A stretch of 64,000 bases of DNA from Candidatus Microgenomatus sp. (GTDB taxonomy: Bacteria > Patescibacteriota > Microgenomatia > UBA8517): NCBI GenBank assembly GCA_020724585.1, contig DYGS01000001.1:219139-283138 (forward strand), read 5' to 3'. The stretch's first letter is position 1; every line of letters begins with the position of its first letter. This document shows, piece by piece, positions 1 to 8,968 of the stretch. The translations under genes were made by a program, and so were the position numbers. A model generated the notes under the pieces. That model made no database searches, had not been told where the DNA came from, and saw nothing but the letters and a program-made list of their open reading frames with translations.

Positions 1-1
1 A

Positions 2-1039
2 GGAGATCCTTCATCGGCACTTCTTGAGGCACTGGATCCGGAACAAAACAGAGAATTTTCGGATCATTATTTAGAAGTTCCTTTTGATTTGTCTGAAGTC
101 TTTTTTATAGCCACAGGAAATGTTTTGGATACCATTCCCCAGGCTTTAAGAGATAGGATGGAAATAATTCATTTTGCCGGCTACACAGAGGATGAAAAAT
201 ATCAAATCGCCAAAAAGTTTATTTGGCCAAAACAGTTAAAAAATCATGGAATTGACGATAAGAAAATTGACATATCAGATAAAGCATTGAGGGAAATTAT
301 AAACAGATACACAAGAGAGTCGGGTGTCAGGCATCTGGAGAGAAATTTAGCTTCAATTTTGCGAAAAATTGCAAAACTTGTTGCAGAGAAGAAGAAATAT
401 CCAAAACTTGTAAAGACGCACCATGTTTTAAAGTTTTTGGGACCTCACAAATATTCGTCGTTAATTGCTGAGAAGAAAAATGAGGTTGGAATGTCAACAG
501 GATTGGCTGTTACAAATGCTGGAGGAGAAATTTTATTTATAGAAGTTTCAGTTATGCCGGGAAGGGGAAGGCTAACGCTTACAGGTCAGCTTGGGGATGT
601 AATGAAAGAATCGGCTCAAGCGGCTTTTACCTGGACCAGGGCGAATCATAAACTTTTGGGTCTAAAACCTGATTTTTCCCATAAAATTGATGTTCATATC
701 CATGTTCCCGAGGGAGCCGTTCCAAAAGATGGGCCAAGTGCAGGAACTGCCATAACAACAGCACTTGTCTCCGCCTTAACTAAAATTGCGACAAAGAGAG
801 ATACGGGAATGACAGGTGAAATTACGCTTCGGGGCAAGGTTACAGAAATTGGAGGTTTGAAAGAGAAAACAATAGCAGGACATAGAGCAGGCTTAAAAAC
901 TATAATTATTCCAAAAGACAATAAAAAAGATATGATTGATGTCCCTGACAAAGTTAAGAAAGATATTGATTTTATTTATGCAACACAAGTTGAAGATGTA
1001 CTGTCAAATACTCTCACTAAATGGCCGATCAAAAATTAA
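2..1039 (+). CDS. lon: ATP-dependent Lon protease, C-terminal part (5' end outside window)
   Basis: Frame open from base 2. GDPSSALLEALDPEQN...HYLEV..FIATGN matches the Lon AAA+/proteolytic region, and the catalytic KDGPSAG serine motif is present. Confidence 0.9.
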   Translation, partial: GDPSSALLEALDPEQNREFSDHYLEVPFDLSEVFFIATGNVLDTIPQALRDRMEIIHFAGYTEDEKYQIAKKFIWPKQLKNHGIDDKKIDISDKALREIINRYTRESGVRHLERNLASILRKIAKLVAEKKKYPKLVKTHHVLKFLGPHKYSSLIAEKKNEVGMSTGLAVTNAGGEILFIEVSVMPGRGRLTLTGQLGDVMKESAQAAFTWTRANHKLLGLKPDFSHKIDVHIHVPEGAVPKDGPSAGTAITTALVSALTKIATKRDTGMTGEITLRGKVTEIGGLKEKTIAGHRAGLKTIIIPKDNKKDMIDVPDKVKKDIDFIYATQVEDVLSNTLTKWPIKN

Positions 1040-1047
1040 CTGGATTA

Positions 1048-1554
1048 CTAATTTAAAGAATATCTTTTGGTTACTTCCTCAATAATTCTAGTAGTTGACT
1101 GAAGTTTATCATATTTGTGAGTTATTTTTTTGAAGACACAATCTTTAATATGTTTTTGACGCTCCTTAAAATCTATTTCGAATCCAAAATTACGCCCACA
1201 TGTTACATATGAAGGGTAAAACCTGTTGTAAAGGTCAATAAAATATCTATTATTCATATCCAAGCTATCATTGATTGCAAAAACAAAATCAATAGACTTG
1301 TTTTCTAATAAGACTTCTATTCGCTGCTCTAAAGGAATTATTGGTCTATTACGACCTTTGTAACTTCTAATTCTTTCATCTGAATCTATTCCTACGATTA
1401 AATAATCTCCAAATCTTTTAGATTGTTTCAGAAATTCCATGTGCCCTATGTGGAGAAGATCGAAGGACCCGTGGGTTAAAACTATATTTTTACCATGATT
1501 TTTCAATTGGTTGGCTACATCTATTAGAGTGCTTGTTTTTAAATAACAGGCCAT
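1048..1554 (-). CDS. cytidylyl/adenylyltransferase-like nucleotidyltransferase (HxGH family)
   Basis: GSFDLLHIGH motif typical of TagD/RfaE-domain II/FMN-adenylyltransferase-type nucleotidyltransferases; 168 aa. Confidence 0.6.
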   Translation of the reverse strand: MACYLKTSTLIDVANQLKNHGKNIVLTHGSFDLLHIGHMEFLKQSKRFGDYLIVGIDSDERIRSYKGRNRPIIPLEQRIEVLLENKSIDFVFAINDSLDMNNRYFIDLYNRFYPSYVTCGRNFGFEIDFKERQKHIKDCVFKKITHKYDKLQSTTRIIEEVTKRYSLN

Positions 1555-1587
1555 ATGTGTTTATATTTGCTATAATACAACTTAATT

Positions 1588-1660
1588 GGCCCCATCGTCT
1601 AGTGGCCTAGGACACTTGGTTCTCATCCAAGAAACCTGGATTCGAATTCCAGTGGGGTCA
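1588..1660 (+). tRNA. tRNA-Glu (anticodon CUC), CCA not encoded
   Basis: Cloverleaf folded by hand: acceptor GGCCCCA/TGGGGTC, D-arm GTCT..GGAC, anticodon stem CTTGG/CCAAG with loop TTCTCAT, T-arm CTGGA-TTCGAAT-TCCAG. Preceded by a TATAAT box. Coordinates may be off by 1. Confidence 0.8.
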
Positions 1661-1745
1661 CACAATGAGAAGTTTCCTCAAAATATTGAGGCTAGAGTAA
1701 AATAGTTTTTATTGACAGTGAAAACTATTGATACAGTCTGATTGC

Positions 1746-1774
1746 TTGACAAAGGGGAATTTAGGAGTTACACT
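1746..1774 (+). promoter_or_regulatory. sigma70-like promoter (TTGACA, 16-17 bp spacer, TTACACT) for a greA leader transcript
   Basis: TTGACA then 17 bp then TACACT, about 155 bp upstream of the greA ATG. Confidence 0.35.
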
Positions 1775-1877
1775 CGAAACCGTTATTAATTTTTATGACT
1801 ACTTTTTCCAACACATTTGCCGCTATAAGCCTTATTATTAAGGTCGGGTAATTTGTTGGAGAGAGCAAAAGTTTTAA

Positions 1878-1908
1878 GTCTCTCCAAGAAGGAGAGATTA
1901 TTTTTTTT
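1878..1908 (+). terminator. intrinsic terminator in the greA leader (7-9 bp stem TCTCTCC/GGAGAGA plus UUAUUUUUUUU), with an upstream alternative pairing segment GGAGAGAG at 1858-1865
   Basis: Hairpin followed by a T-run, about 20 nt before the greA RBS (GAGGAAG). The segment at 1858-1865 can pair with the 5' arm as an antiterminator. Confidence 0.5.
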
Positions 1909-1929
1909 GAGACGAGGAAGTAAAAAAAT

Positions 1930-2391
1930 ATGAGAAAAAATATACAACTTACAGCAAAGGGGCTAGAGGCTCTAAAAAAAGAGCTTGAAGATTTGGTTAA
2001 AAATAAAAGACCAAAACTAGTAGACAGGCTATCAAATGCTCGAGCTCAAGGTGATTTGTCCGAAAATAGCGATTATCAAAATGCCAAAGAAGAACTGGAG
2101 TTCTTGGATGGTAAAATTGAAGAACTTGAAAATGTGGTTAAAAATGCCAAAGTCGTTGAGGAATTTAAAGGCGGCAAAGGTGTGAACATTGGTACAAAAG
2201 TAACTGTTCGCGTAAATGGCGTTAAAAATACATTTGAAATAGTTGGTGAATGGGAAGCTGACTTAAAATCGAAAAAGATAAGCCACACCTCACCTCTTGG
2301 CGAGGCGCTAGTCGGTAGAAATGTTGGTGATAAATTTGAAGTTGAAGCGCCTGCTGGCAAGTTGCAATATGAAATAATTGCCATTGAATAG
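1930..2391 (+). CDS. greA: transcription elongation factor GreA
   Basis: 153 aa with an N-terminal coiled coil and the acidic DLSENSDY tip motif, followed by a C-terminal FKBP-like domain. Confidence 0.9.
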   Translation: MRKNIQLTAKGLEALKKELEDLVKNKRPKLVDRLSNARAQGDLSENSDYQNAKEELEFLDGKIEELENVVKNAKVVEEFKGGKGVNIGTKVTVRVNGVKNTFEIVGEWEADLKSKKISHTSPLGEALVGRNVGDKFEVEAPAGKLQYEIIAIE

Positions 2392-2416
2392 GCTTTTGGA
2401 ATATAATTATCTTTAA

Positions 2417-3862
2417 ATGAATGTCCAGAATAATGTTTACGAAGAAAGACTTTTAAAACTTCAAGAAATCAAAAAATTGGGAATTGATCCTTACCCTTCC
2501 CAAATTTCACTTGCCGGTCAAAGAATTTCAACCATTGGTGCAAAAGAGCTTATGGGTGAAATAGTTCTCGTTGCGGGCCGTGTAATGTCTATTCGTTTGC
2601 ATGGCGGTGTTTCATTCGTGGATTTGAAGGATGAGGAAGGTAATATTCAACTTTTTTTCCAGAAAAAAACTTTAGGAGAAAAATATAATTTAATTAAACT
2701 TGTAGACACAGGAGATTTTGTGGCTGCAAAAGGTGAAGTTATTAAAACTATTGCGGGAGAAATATCTGTTTTGGCATCAAATTTCGAGCTTTTGACAAAA
2801 TCTATTCGTCAACTGCCAAACACTTGGCATGGATTGAAAGATGTTGAAGAGAGGTATAGACAAAGATATGTGGATCTCTTGTTAAATGACGATCTAAAAA
2901 ATGTTTTTCGTAAAAAAGCCATTTTTTGGAATAGTTTTAGAAAATTCCTGCAAGAAAGGGATTTTTTAGAAGTTGAAACTCCAGTTTTGGAAAATACGGC
3001 AGGTGGAGCTGATGCTAACCCATTCGTTACCCACCATGATGCTTTGGATATTGATTTATATTTGAGAATTTCAATGGGTGAATTGTGGCAAAAAAGATTA
3101 ATGGTTGCTGGTTTTGAAAAAACTTTTGAAATAGGGAGGCAATTTAGAAACGAAGGACTTTCCCGTGAGCATCTCCAGGATTATACTCAAATGGAATTTT
3201 ACTGGGCCTATGCAAATTATGAGGATTCAATGGCCTTGGTTGAAGAGATGTATAAGTATGTTGCTAAAGAGACTTTTGGAAAATTAGAATTTGATATAAA
3301 CGGCCACAAAGTAAATATGAATGGCAAATGGAAAAAAATCGATTATACCTTAACAATCAAAAAGGAAACGGGGGTTGATATTGGTAAGGCTAGCGTTTCA
3401 GAGATCAAGGAGAAATTAAAAAATCTCAAAATTGAATTTGATGCAAAACTTGATAAACCAAGATTAATTGACCTGCTTTGGAAGAAAGTCAGAAAAGGAA
3501 TTGTGGGGCCAGTTTTTTTAGTTGGGCATCCAGTTGAAATTTCGCCGCTCGCCAAGCGGATGAAAAGTGATCCTGAAAAAGTTGAAAGGTATCAGGTTAT
3601 TATTGCTGGGAGCGAGATGGGAAATGGATACTCTGAGTTAAATGACCCGATTGATCAAGCAAAAAGATTTGAAGAACAACAAAAATTAAGAGACGCTGGT
3701 GATATTGAAGCGCAAATGAATGATTGGGATTTTGTAAGGGCTTTGGAGTATGGAATGCCGCCGGTTACAGGATTTGGAGTATCTGAAAGGTTATTTTCAT
3801 TTTTGGCAGATAAATCAATCAAAGAAACTGTTTTGTTCCCATTATTAAGGCCTGAAAATTGA
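2417..3862 (+). CDS. lysS: lysyl-tRNA synthetase (class II)
   Basis: OB-fold N-terminus, ERYRQRYVDLL, GFEKTFEIGRQFRNEG (motif 2) and GMPPVTGFGVSERL (motif 3). Confidence 0.95.
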   Translation: MNVQNNVYEERLLKLQEIKKLGIDPYPSQISLAGQRISTIGAKELMGEIVLVAGRVMSIRLHGGVSFVDLKDEEGNIQLFFQKKTLGEKYNLIKLVDTGDFVAAKGEVIKTIAGEISVLASNFELLTKSIRQLPNTWHGLKDVEERYRQRYVDLLLNDDLKNVFRKKAIFWNSFRKFLQERDFLEVETPVLENTAGGADANPFVTHHDALDIDLYLRISMGELWQKRLMVAGFEKTFEIGRQFRNEGLSREHLQDYTQMEFYWAYANYEDSMALVEEMYKYVAKETFGKLEFDINGHKVNMNGKWKKIDYTLTIKKETGVDIGKASVSEIKEKLKNLKIEFDAKLDKPRLIDLLWKKVRKGIVGPVFLVGHPVEISPLAKRMKSDPEKVERYQVIIAGSEMGNGYSELNDPIDQAKRFEEQQKLRDAGDIEAQMNDWDFVRALEYGMPPVTGFGVSERLFSFLADKSIKETVLFPLLRPEN

Positions 3863-3898
3863 CGATTTACTTTTTATAAAAAAGTTTGTAAACTGCAT

Positions 3899-4225
3899 TT
3901 GGGTAAAATGGCAAAAAGAGTTATCAAAAAAACAATTAAAAAAGAAACGCTTGGACCAGACGAGGCTAAAATGAAAATTTATGAGCTTCGCGGTGAGATG
4001 ACCCATGCAGTGATTGAATCTGTTGCAATTACAATTTTAGCTCTACTTTTGTTTATCGGTGCACCGTCGGTTTTCCCTGAGGTTATAAATCCCTACCTTC
4101 CATCGTCTCTTAAAATAATGCAGGCATTTATTGCAGTTCCTGCGGTTTTTTGGCTGGTTACAGTTTTTGGCAACATGGTTAGATATTTTAAGATTCTTAA
4201 ACTTCAAGATCTACTTAAAAAATAA
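3899..4225 (+). CDS. hypothetical small membrane protein
   Basis: 108 aa, lysine-rich N-terminus then two hydrophobic segments; stop overlaps the next start (TAATG). Confidence 0.5.
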   Translation: MGKMAKRVIKKTIKKETLGPDEAKMKIYELRGEMTHAVIESVAITILALLLFIGAPSVFPEVINPYLPSSLKIMQAFIAVPAVFWLVTVFGNMVRYFKILKLQDLLKK

Positions 4226-4785
4226 TGGTTTTGACACGAGAAGACGCATATAAATTGGTTACTTCATGGACAGAAAACAAAAATCTTATTAAACACATGC
4301 TTGCAGTTGAGGCTGCAATGGGTGGACTAGCAGAATATTTTAAAGAAGATCAGGCTTTGTGGAAATTAGTAGGACTTCTTCATGATGCAGACTATGAAAA
4401 ATATCCAGATCAACATCCAAAAATATTAATAGATGAGTTGGTAAAGAGGAAAGAGGATGAAGTGGTAATTAACGCTATAAAAGCTCATGCTTGGAAATAT
4501 AATAGCATGGACAGAGAGCCACAAAGTAGATTAGAATGGGCAATTTATACTTGTGATGAATTAACGGGACTTATCATTGCAGTAACACTTGTAAGACCAG
4601 AAAAGAAATTATCCGTGGTTACTGTTGATAATATCCTTTCAAAATGGGATAAAAAAGACTTTGCAAAAGGTGTAGAAAGATCCCAAATAGCAATGTGTGA
4701 AGAAAAACTAGGAATTAAACTAAATGACTTTATTCAAATCGTCTTAACTTCAATGCAAAGAATTTCGAACGATTTAGGGTTGTAA
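4225..4785 (+). CDS. HD-domain phosphohydrolase
   Basis: H...LLHDADYEKYPDQHP matches the HD metal-binding motif; 186 aa. Confidence 0.7.
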   Translation: MVLTREDAYKLVTSWTENKNLIKHMLAVEAAMGGLAEYFKEDQALWKLVGLLHDADYEKYPDQHPKILIDELVKRKEDEVVINAIKAHAWKYNSMDREPQSRLEWAIYTCDELTGLIIAVTLVRPEKKLSVVTVDNILSKWDKKDFAKGVERSQIAMCEEKLGIKLNDFIQIVLTSMQRISNDLGL

Positions 4786-4811
4786 TATAAATACTTTTTA
4801 AAAATTTTCAG

Positions 4812-5090
4812 TTATGGAAATTGAGTGAATTTGCCAAAGTCTAATCTTGAAGATTTTAAGAATTTGGCGGCTTTTTCTGGAGACATGATACCATTTATCA
4901 CTTCACACTCTAATATTGGAGCTAGACTCGAAAACTCACGAGTTCTACCGTCATCCATTTCGATTGTTGCCGTTCTGGTTTCACCAAACCCCATAAAGCC
5001 CTCTTTCCTTCTACATGTAACTCCTTGTGCTTTGCAAATTGTGCAATCAGCCATATATTGGGATTTTATCACTTCTTGAGATATAATCAA
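4812..5090 (-). CDS. hypothetical small Cys-containing protein
   Basis: 92-aa ORF that exactly fills the gap between the HD gene and serS; CTICK...C spacing hints at a metal site. No recognised family. Confidence 0.3.
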   Translation of the reverse strand: MIISQEVIKSQYMADCTICKAQGVTCRRKEGFMGFGETRTATIEMDDGRTREFSSLAPILECEVINGIMSPEKAAKFLKSSRLDFGKFTQFP

Positions 5091-5093
5091 ATA

Positions 5094-6329
5094 ATGTTGG
5101 ATATTAAATTCATTAGAGAAAATGTTGATTTTGTAAAAACTTCAACAAAAAACAAAGGATTTGATGAGACTGTTGTTGATAGGCTTCTTGCTGTGGATGA
5201 AAATAGAAGGAAATTAATCCAAGAAACAGAAGAATTAAGGGCTAAAAGAAACAAATTAACTAAAAATGATATTGAGGAAGGTAAAAAATTAAAAGAATCC
5301 TTAAAGGTAAAAGAATCTGAATTAGAAATAATTGAAAAGGATTTTAATGAACTAATTAATCAGATACCTAACCCTGCATTAAAAGATGCTCCAGTTGGTA
5401 AAAACGATAAAGAAAATGTAGAAATAAAAAAGTGGGGAGAAATTAGAAAATTTGATTTTTCTCCAAAAGACCATCTTGAATTGGGTACTAATTTGGGAAT
5501 TATAGATTTTGAAAGTGGGGCAAAAGTTGCAGGTTCTCAATTTTATTATTTATATGGTGATGGAGCACTACTTGAGCTCTCACTTACTATGTATGCATTA
5601 GAAAAATTGTCTAAAAAAGGTTTTCTTCCAGTAATTACTCCTGATTTGGCAAAAGCTAAATTTTATTTGGGTACAGGATACGTACCTAAAGGAGAAGAAG
5701 CTCAAACATATACAATTGAAAATGAAGACTTAGGTTTAATTGCAACTGCAGAAGTCACTTTAGCAGGAAAACATTCTGATGAAGTTATTCCTGAAGAGAA
5801 ACTTCCGATTAAATATGTTGGTTATTCACATTGTTTCAGGCAAGAAGCAGGAGCGTATGGAAAATACTCAAAAGGACTATATAGAGTTCATCAATTTAGT
5901 AAGGTAGAAATGTTTGTTTACTGTACACCTGAGAGTTCAGAAAAAATACATCAAGAGCTTTTAGCAATAGAAGAAGAAATCTATCAAGAACTGGGAATCC
6001 CATATAGAGTTTTGGATATGTGTACAGGAGACCTAGGAGCAATGGCTGCAAGAAAATATGATGTGGAGGCTTGGATGCCTGGAAGAAATGATTATGGTGA
6101 GATAACATCAACATCAAATGTTACTGATTATCAGGCAAGGAATTTAAACATCAAATACAAGAAAAAAGATGGAACAAATGAATTTGTGCACATGTTAAAC
6201 GGGACTGCAATTGTAATGTCTAGAGTTCCAATAGCAATTCTTGAAAATTATCAAAATGAAGATGGTAGTATTGATATTCCTCAAGTACTTCAAAAATGGA
6301 TGGGAAAGACAAAAATAGAAGCTAAATGA
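5094..6329 (+). CDS. serS: seryl-tRNA synthetase
   Basis: MLDIKFIREN start, N-terminal coiled coil, and class II motifs FRQEAGAYGKYSKGLYRVHQFSKVE and GTAIVMSRV. The track ORF starts 23 codons further upstream. Confidence 0.95.
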   Translation: MLDIKFIRENVDFVKTSTKNKGFDETVVDRLLAVDENRRKLIQETEELRAKRNKLTKNDIEEGKKLKESLKVKESELEIIEKDFNELINQIPNPALKDAPVGKNDKENVEIKKWGEIRKFDFSPKDHLELGTNLGIIDFESGAKVAGSQFYYLYGDGALLELSLTMYALEKLSKKGFLPVITPDLAKAKFYLGTGYVPKGEEAQTYTIENEDLGLIATAEVTLAGKHSDEVIPEEKLPIKYVGYSHCFRQEAGAYGKYSKGLYRVHQFSKVEMFVYCTPESSEKIHQELLAIEEEIYQELGIPYRVLDMCTGDLGAMAARKYDVEAWMPGRNDYGEITSTSNVTDYQARNLNIKYKKKDGTNEFVHMLNGTAIVMSRVPIAILENYQNEDGSIDIPQVLQKWMGKTKIEAK

Positions 6330-8122
6330 AAATAATAAAGTCCGAATTTTTAAGACTTTTTTCAATTACAAAATGGGTTGTATCAATCTATTTTAAAAAT
6401 CATCCTTTTCATATGGTCGTAAACCTGATTACGCATATGATTAATTCACTGTCAAATTTGACTAATGCCTATATTATTGCCCTAGCAACGGACAGAGCAA
6501 TTTATATTTTGGGACAAAAAAATTATGGAATTTATGATTTTTTACCGATTGTAATATTGATTATTGGTTCATATCTCTTCTTTCAATTTTCGGGGATCAT
6601 AAATACTTATGCTTGGAGGATTATATCCTATAAAGACTATTTTGTATTAAGAAAAATATTAATTAATAGGCTATCTAAACTTGGCATTCAAAATTTGGAA
6701 AATCCAGAGGTTGCAAATAAAACTCAAAGATTCAATGAAGAGCAAAATAACATTTTAGGTTATATGCAAAGTTTATTAAATATTGCCTCTGGTTTTATGA
6801 GTTTTATAGTTTCGGGATTAGTTATTGTAAGAACAATGCCTCTTGTTGCCGGCGCATTTTTTGTTGTGATGGTGGTTAAATTTATGGCAAACCAAAAATA
6901 CATAAGATTGTTGTGGGTTTTAAATAGGAATTTAACGGAGGAGAGAAGAAAAAATATTGGAGCGATGAATTATCTGGCCGAACCCGCCCCCCTAAAAGAG
7001 TTGATTTTGTCTCAGGGAACGAAATTTCTAGAGAATAAAATTGACAAATATGTAAACTTTGTTGTTGACCAAGTTGTGTCAATTAGAAAAAGATGGAATT
7101 TATCAAAGATAATTGGATCGATCTTGGATTCAGGTGTTTTTGGTTGGGGAATTATTGTTGTTTTACAAAGATTAGTTAATGGAATTATTAGTATTGGGCA
7201 ATTAACTTTTGAAATAAGGGCGTTAAGAATTTTCTCTGATTCATTTGGTAATTTTATGGGAGATTTGGTGGCACTTCGAGAGTCCTCAATTAAAATAGGT
7301 GACATATTAGATCTTTTTACCAAATATGAAGCGGATAAAGATGGAAACAAAATACTTAAGCAAAAATTGCCACTCATTAAATTTAATAATGTTAGTTTTA
7401 AATATCCAAATTCTGATAAATACATCTTTAAAGATCTTAATTTAGAAATTAAACCGGGAGAAAAAATTGCAATAGTTGGGGAAAATGGCGCAGGAAAAAC
7501 GACTTTAATTAAACTTCTCTGCCGTTTTTATAGAGTTAACAGAGGTAGAATTTTATTGTCAGAAGTAAATGTCAACGATTTAAAAATAAAAAGCTGGTAT
7601 AAAAAGCTTGGTGTTTTGTTTCAGGATTATAATGTCTATGGAGTATTAACTGTTAGAGAGAACATTGAAATTGACAGCACGGATAAAAAAGTAACAGAGG
7701 AAAGTTTGATAAAAGCGCTAAAAGAAGCAAACGCGATTTCTTTTGTGCAAAAATACAAAAATAAACTTAATCAAATACTTTCAGAAAGATTTAGCGGCGG
7801 AACCAGGCCGTCAACAGGACAATGGCAAAAAATTGCGATTGCTAGAGTGTTTCATAGAAATGCACCAATTCTTATTTTAGATGAACCAACGGCTTCAATT
7901 GATGCGGTGGCAGAAGCCAAAATTTTTGACAATATTTATAAATTTTCAAAAAATAAGACAGTTATTATTATTTCACATAGATTTTCAACTGTTAGAAATG
8001 CAGACAGAATAATAGTTTTAGACAAAGGAAAAATTATTGAACAAGGAAGCCATGAAGAATTATTAAAAATAAATGGAAAATATGCCAATGCTTTTAAACT
8101 ACAAGCAAGAGGGTATCAATAA
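6326..8122 (+). CDS. ABC transporter, fused permease/ATP-binding (exporter type)
   Basis: About 340 aa of TM domain, then Walker A GENGAGKTTL, Walker B ILILDEP, H-loop ISHR, and a signature motif carrying an insertion (FSGG-TRPST-GQWQKIAIARV). Confidence 0.85.
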   Translation: MKIIKSEFLRLFSITKWVVSIYFKNHPFHMVVNLITHMINSLSNLTNAYIIALATDRAIYILGQKNYGIYDFLPIVILIIGSYLFFQFSGIINTYAWRIISYKDYFVLRKILINRLSKLGIQNLENPEVANKTQRFNEEQNNILGYMQSLLNIASGFMSFIVSGLVIVRTMPLVAGAFFVVMVVKFMANQKYIRLLWVLNRNLTEERRKNIGAMNYLAEPAPLKELILSQGTKFLENKIDKYVNFVVDQVVSIRKRWNLSKIIGSILDSGVFGWGIIVVLQRLVNGIISIGQLTFEIRALRIFSDSFGNFMGDLVALRESSIKIGDILDLFTKYEADKDGNKILKQKLPLIKFNNVSFKYPNSDKYIFKDLNLEIKPGEKIAIVGENGAGKTTLIKLLCRFYRVNRGRILLSEVNVNDLKIKSWYKKLGVLFQDYNVYGVLTVRENIEIDSTDKKVTEESLIKALKEANAISFVQKYKNKLNQILSERFSGGTRPSTGQWQKIAIARVFHRNAPILILDEPTASIDAVAEAKIFDNIYKFSKNKTVIIISHRFSTVRNADRIIVLDKGKIIEQGSHEELLKINGKYANAFKLQARGYQ

Positions 8123-8128
8123 TTACAT

Positions 8129-8317
8129 TTAACTTGGCTTGCTAGCTCCATTATTTTGAGTGCCACAATGTTCGTCAATAATCATATCTAACTCTTTTTG
8201 ACCTATTCCTAATGTTTTTGCTAGCGCATTTAGTGTTAGTTCCCTAGACGAAAGGAAAATAATCATTTGTTCATATAATGTTTTTGGATCAGGTTTCTTA
8301 GGAAGATCGTTTTCCAT
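8129..8317 (-). CDS. hypothetical small HTH-like protein
   Basis: 62 aa with an LTLNALAKTLGIGQKEL helix-turn-helix-like segment; sits in a 215-bp gap, divergent from the next gene. Confidence 0.3.
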   Translation of the reverse strand: MENDLPKKPDPKTLYEQMIIFLSSRELTLNALAKTLGIGQKELDMIIDEHCGTQNNGASKPS

Positions 8318-8337
8318 TTTGGGAATTGTAGTACAAT

Positions 8338-8940
8338 TTGATGATGCTTGGAACTACGATTTTAGAAGAAAGGGAATCTAAATATAATGGCCATATAAGA
8401 GTGCTTCGTACTTGGGGAATGGGTACTTATATTCAATCAGATGGTTTAACCCAAAGTGGGGGAATAGTAGAAAGCATCTGGCGACAGACGCTTGAAAATA
8501 TAAATTTCAAAAAACTAAATGCTAAATCAATTTTGATTTTGGGATTGGGTGGGGGCACCGTTGCAAAACTGCTTCGCAAAAAATATCCCAAAGCCAATAT
8601 TATTGGAGTTGAAATTGATCCAATAATGATTGAATTGGGTAGAAAATATTTAGATTTAGATAAATATGATCTGGATATAAAAATTTGCGATGCTGTTAAA
8701 TTTTTAAAAAATAATCGCAAAAAATATGACTTGTTAATAGTAGATACATATTTAGGGGATAAGTTTGTCGAGATCACAGGGTTGCACCCTGTGATTGCCG
8801 AAATTACGGTGTTTAATAGACTTTATTTTAAAAACAAAAAACAAGAAGCAATTGATTTTGGAAAAAAACTGGAAACGATGTACAGAAATGTAACTTGGTT
8901 TTATCCAACAACAAACCTCATGTTCATTTGCGAGTCTTAA
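8338..8940 (+). CDS. spermidine synthase-like class I SAM-dependent methyltransferase fold protein
   Basis: ILILGLGGGTVAKLL glycine-rich loop, GVEIDPIMIELGRKY and IVDTYLGD resemble SpeE-family motifs. Confidence 0.55.
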   Translation: MMMLGTTILEERESKYNGHIRVLRTWGMGTYIQSDGLTQSGGIVESIWRQTLENINFKKLNAKSILILGLGGGTVAKLLRKKYPKANIIGVEIDPIMIELGRKYLDLDKYDLDIKICDAVKFLKNNRKKYDLLIVDTYLGDKFVEITGLHPVIAEITVFNRLYFKNKKQEAIDFGKKLETMYRNVTWFYPTTNLMFICES

Positions 8941-8968
8941 CCTGTTAGAATTACATTGCGATAAAAAT

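Noticed and set aside
694-951. Antisense ORFs from the six-frame track nested inside confident genes (e.g. 694-951-, 2076-2384-, 3343-3555-, 7012-7425-, 9932-10129-, 15579-16002-, 17517-17864-, 24463-24993-, 38694-38882-, 46942-47265-, 57111-57380-)
   Set aside because: They lie entirely within well-supported, motif-bearing genes on the opposite strand, and their translations are low-complexity with no motifs. They are shadow ORFs expected in AT-rich DNA.
1661-1929. Possibility that the 270-bp region after tRNA-Glu is tmRNA, SRP RNA, 6S RNA or RNase P RNA
   Set aside because: No tRNA-like 3' end or GGTTCGAATCC/ACCA terminus for tmRNA. No GGAAGGAAGCAGC-type SRP domain IV motif. Too short for RNase P. 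It was interpreted instead as a structured greA leader.
4825-5079. + strand 84-aa ORF overlapping the minus-strand 92-aa ORF in the HD-serS gap
   Set aside because: The two are mutually exclusive. The + ORF would run into the serS N-terminus and has a featureless translation. The minus ORF fits the gap exactly, so only it was kept, at low confidence.
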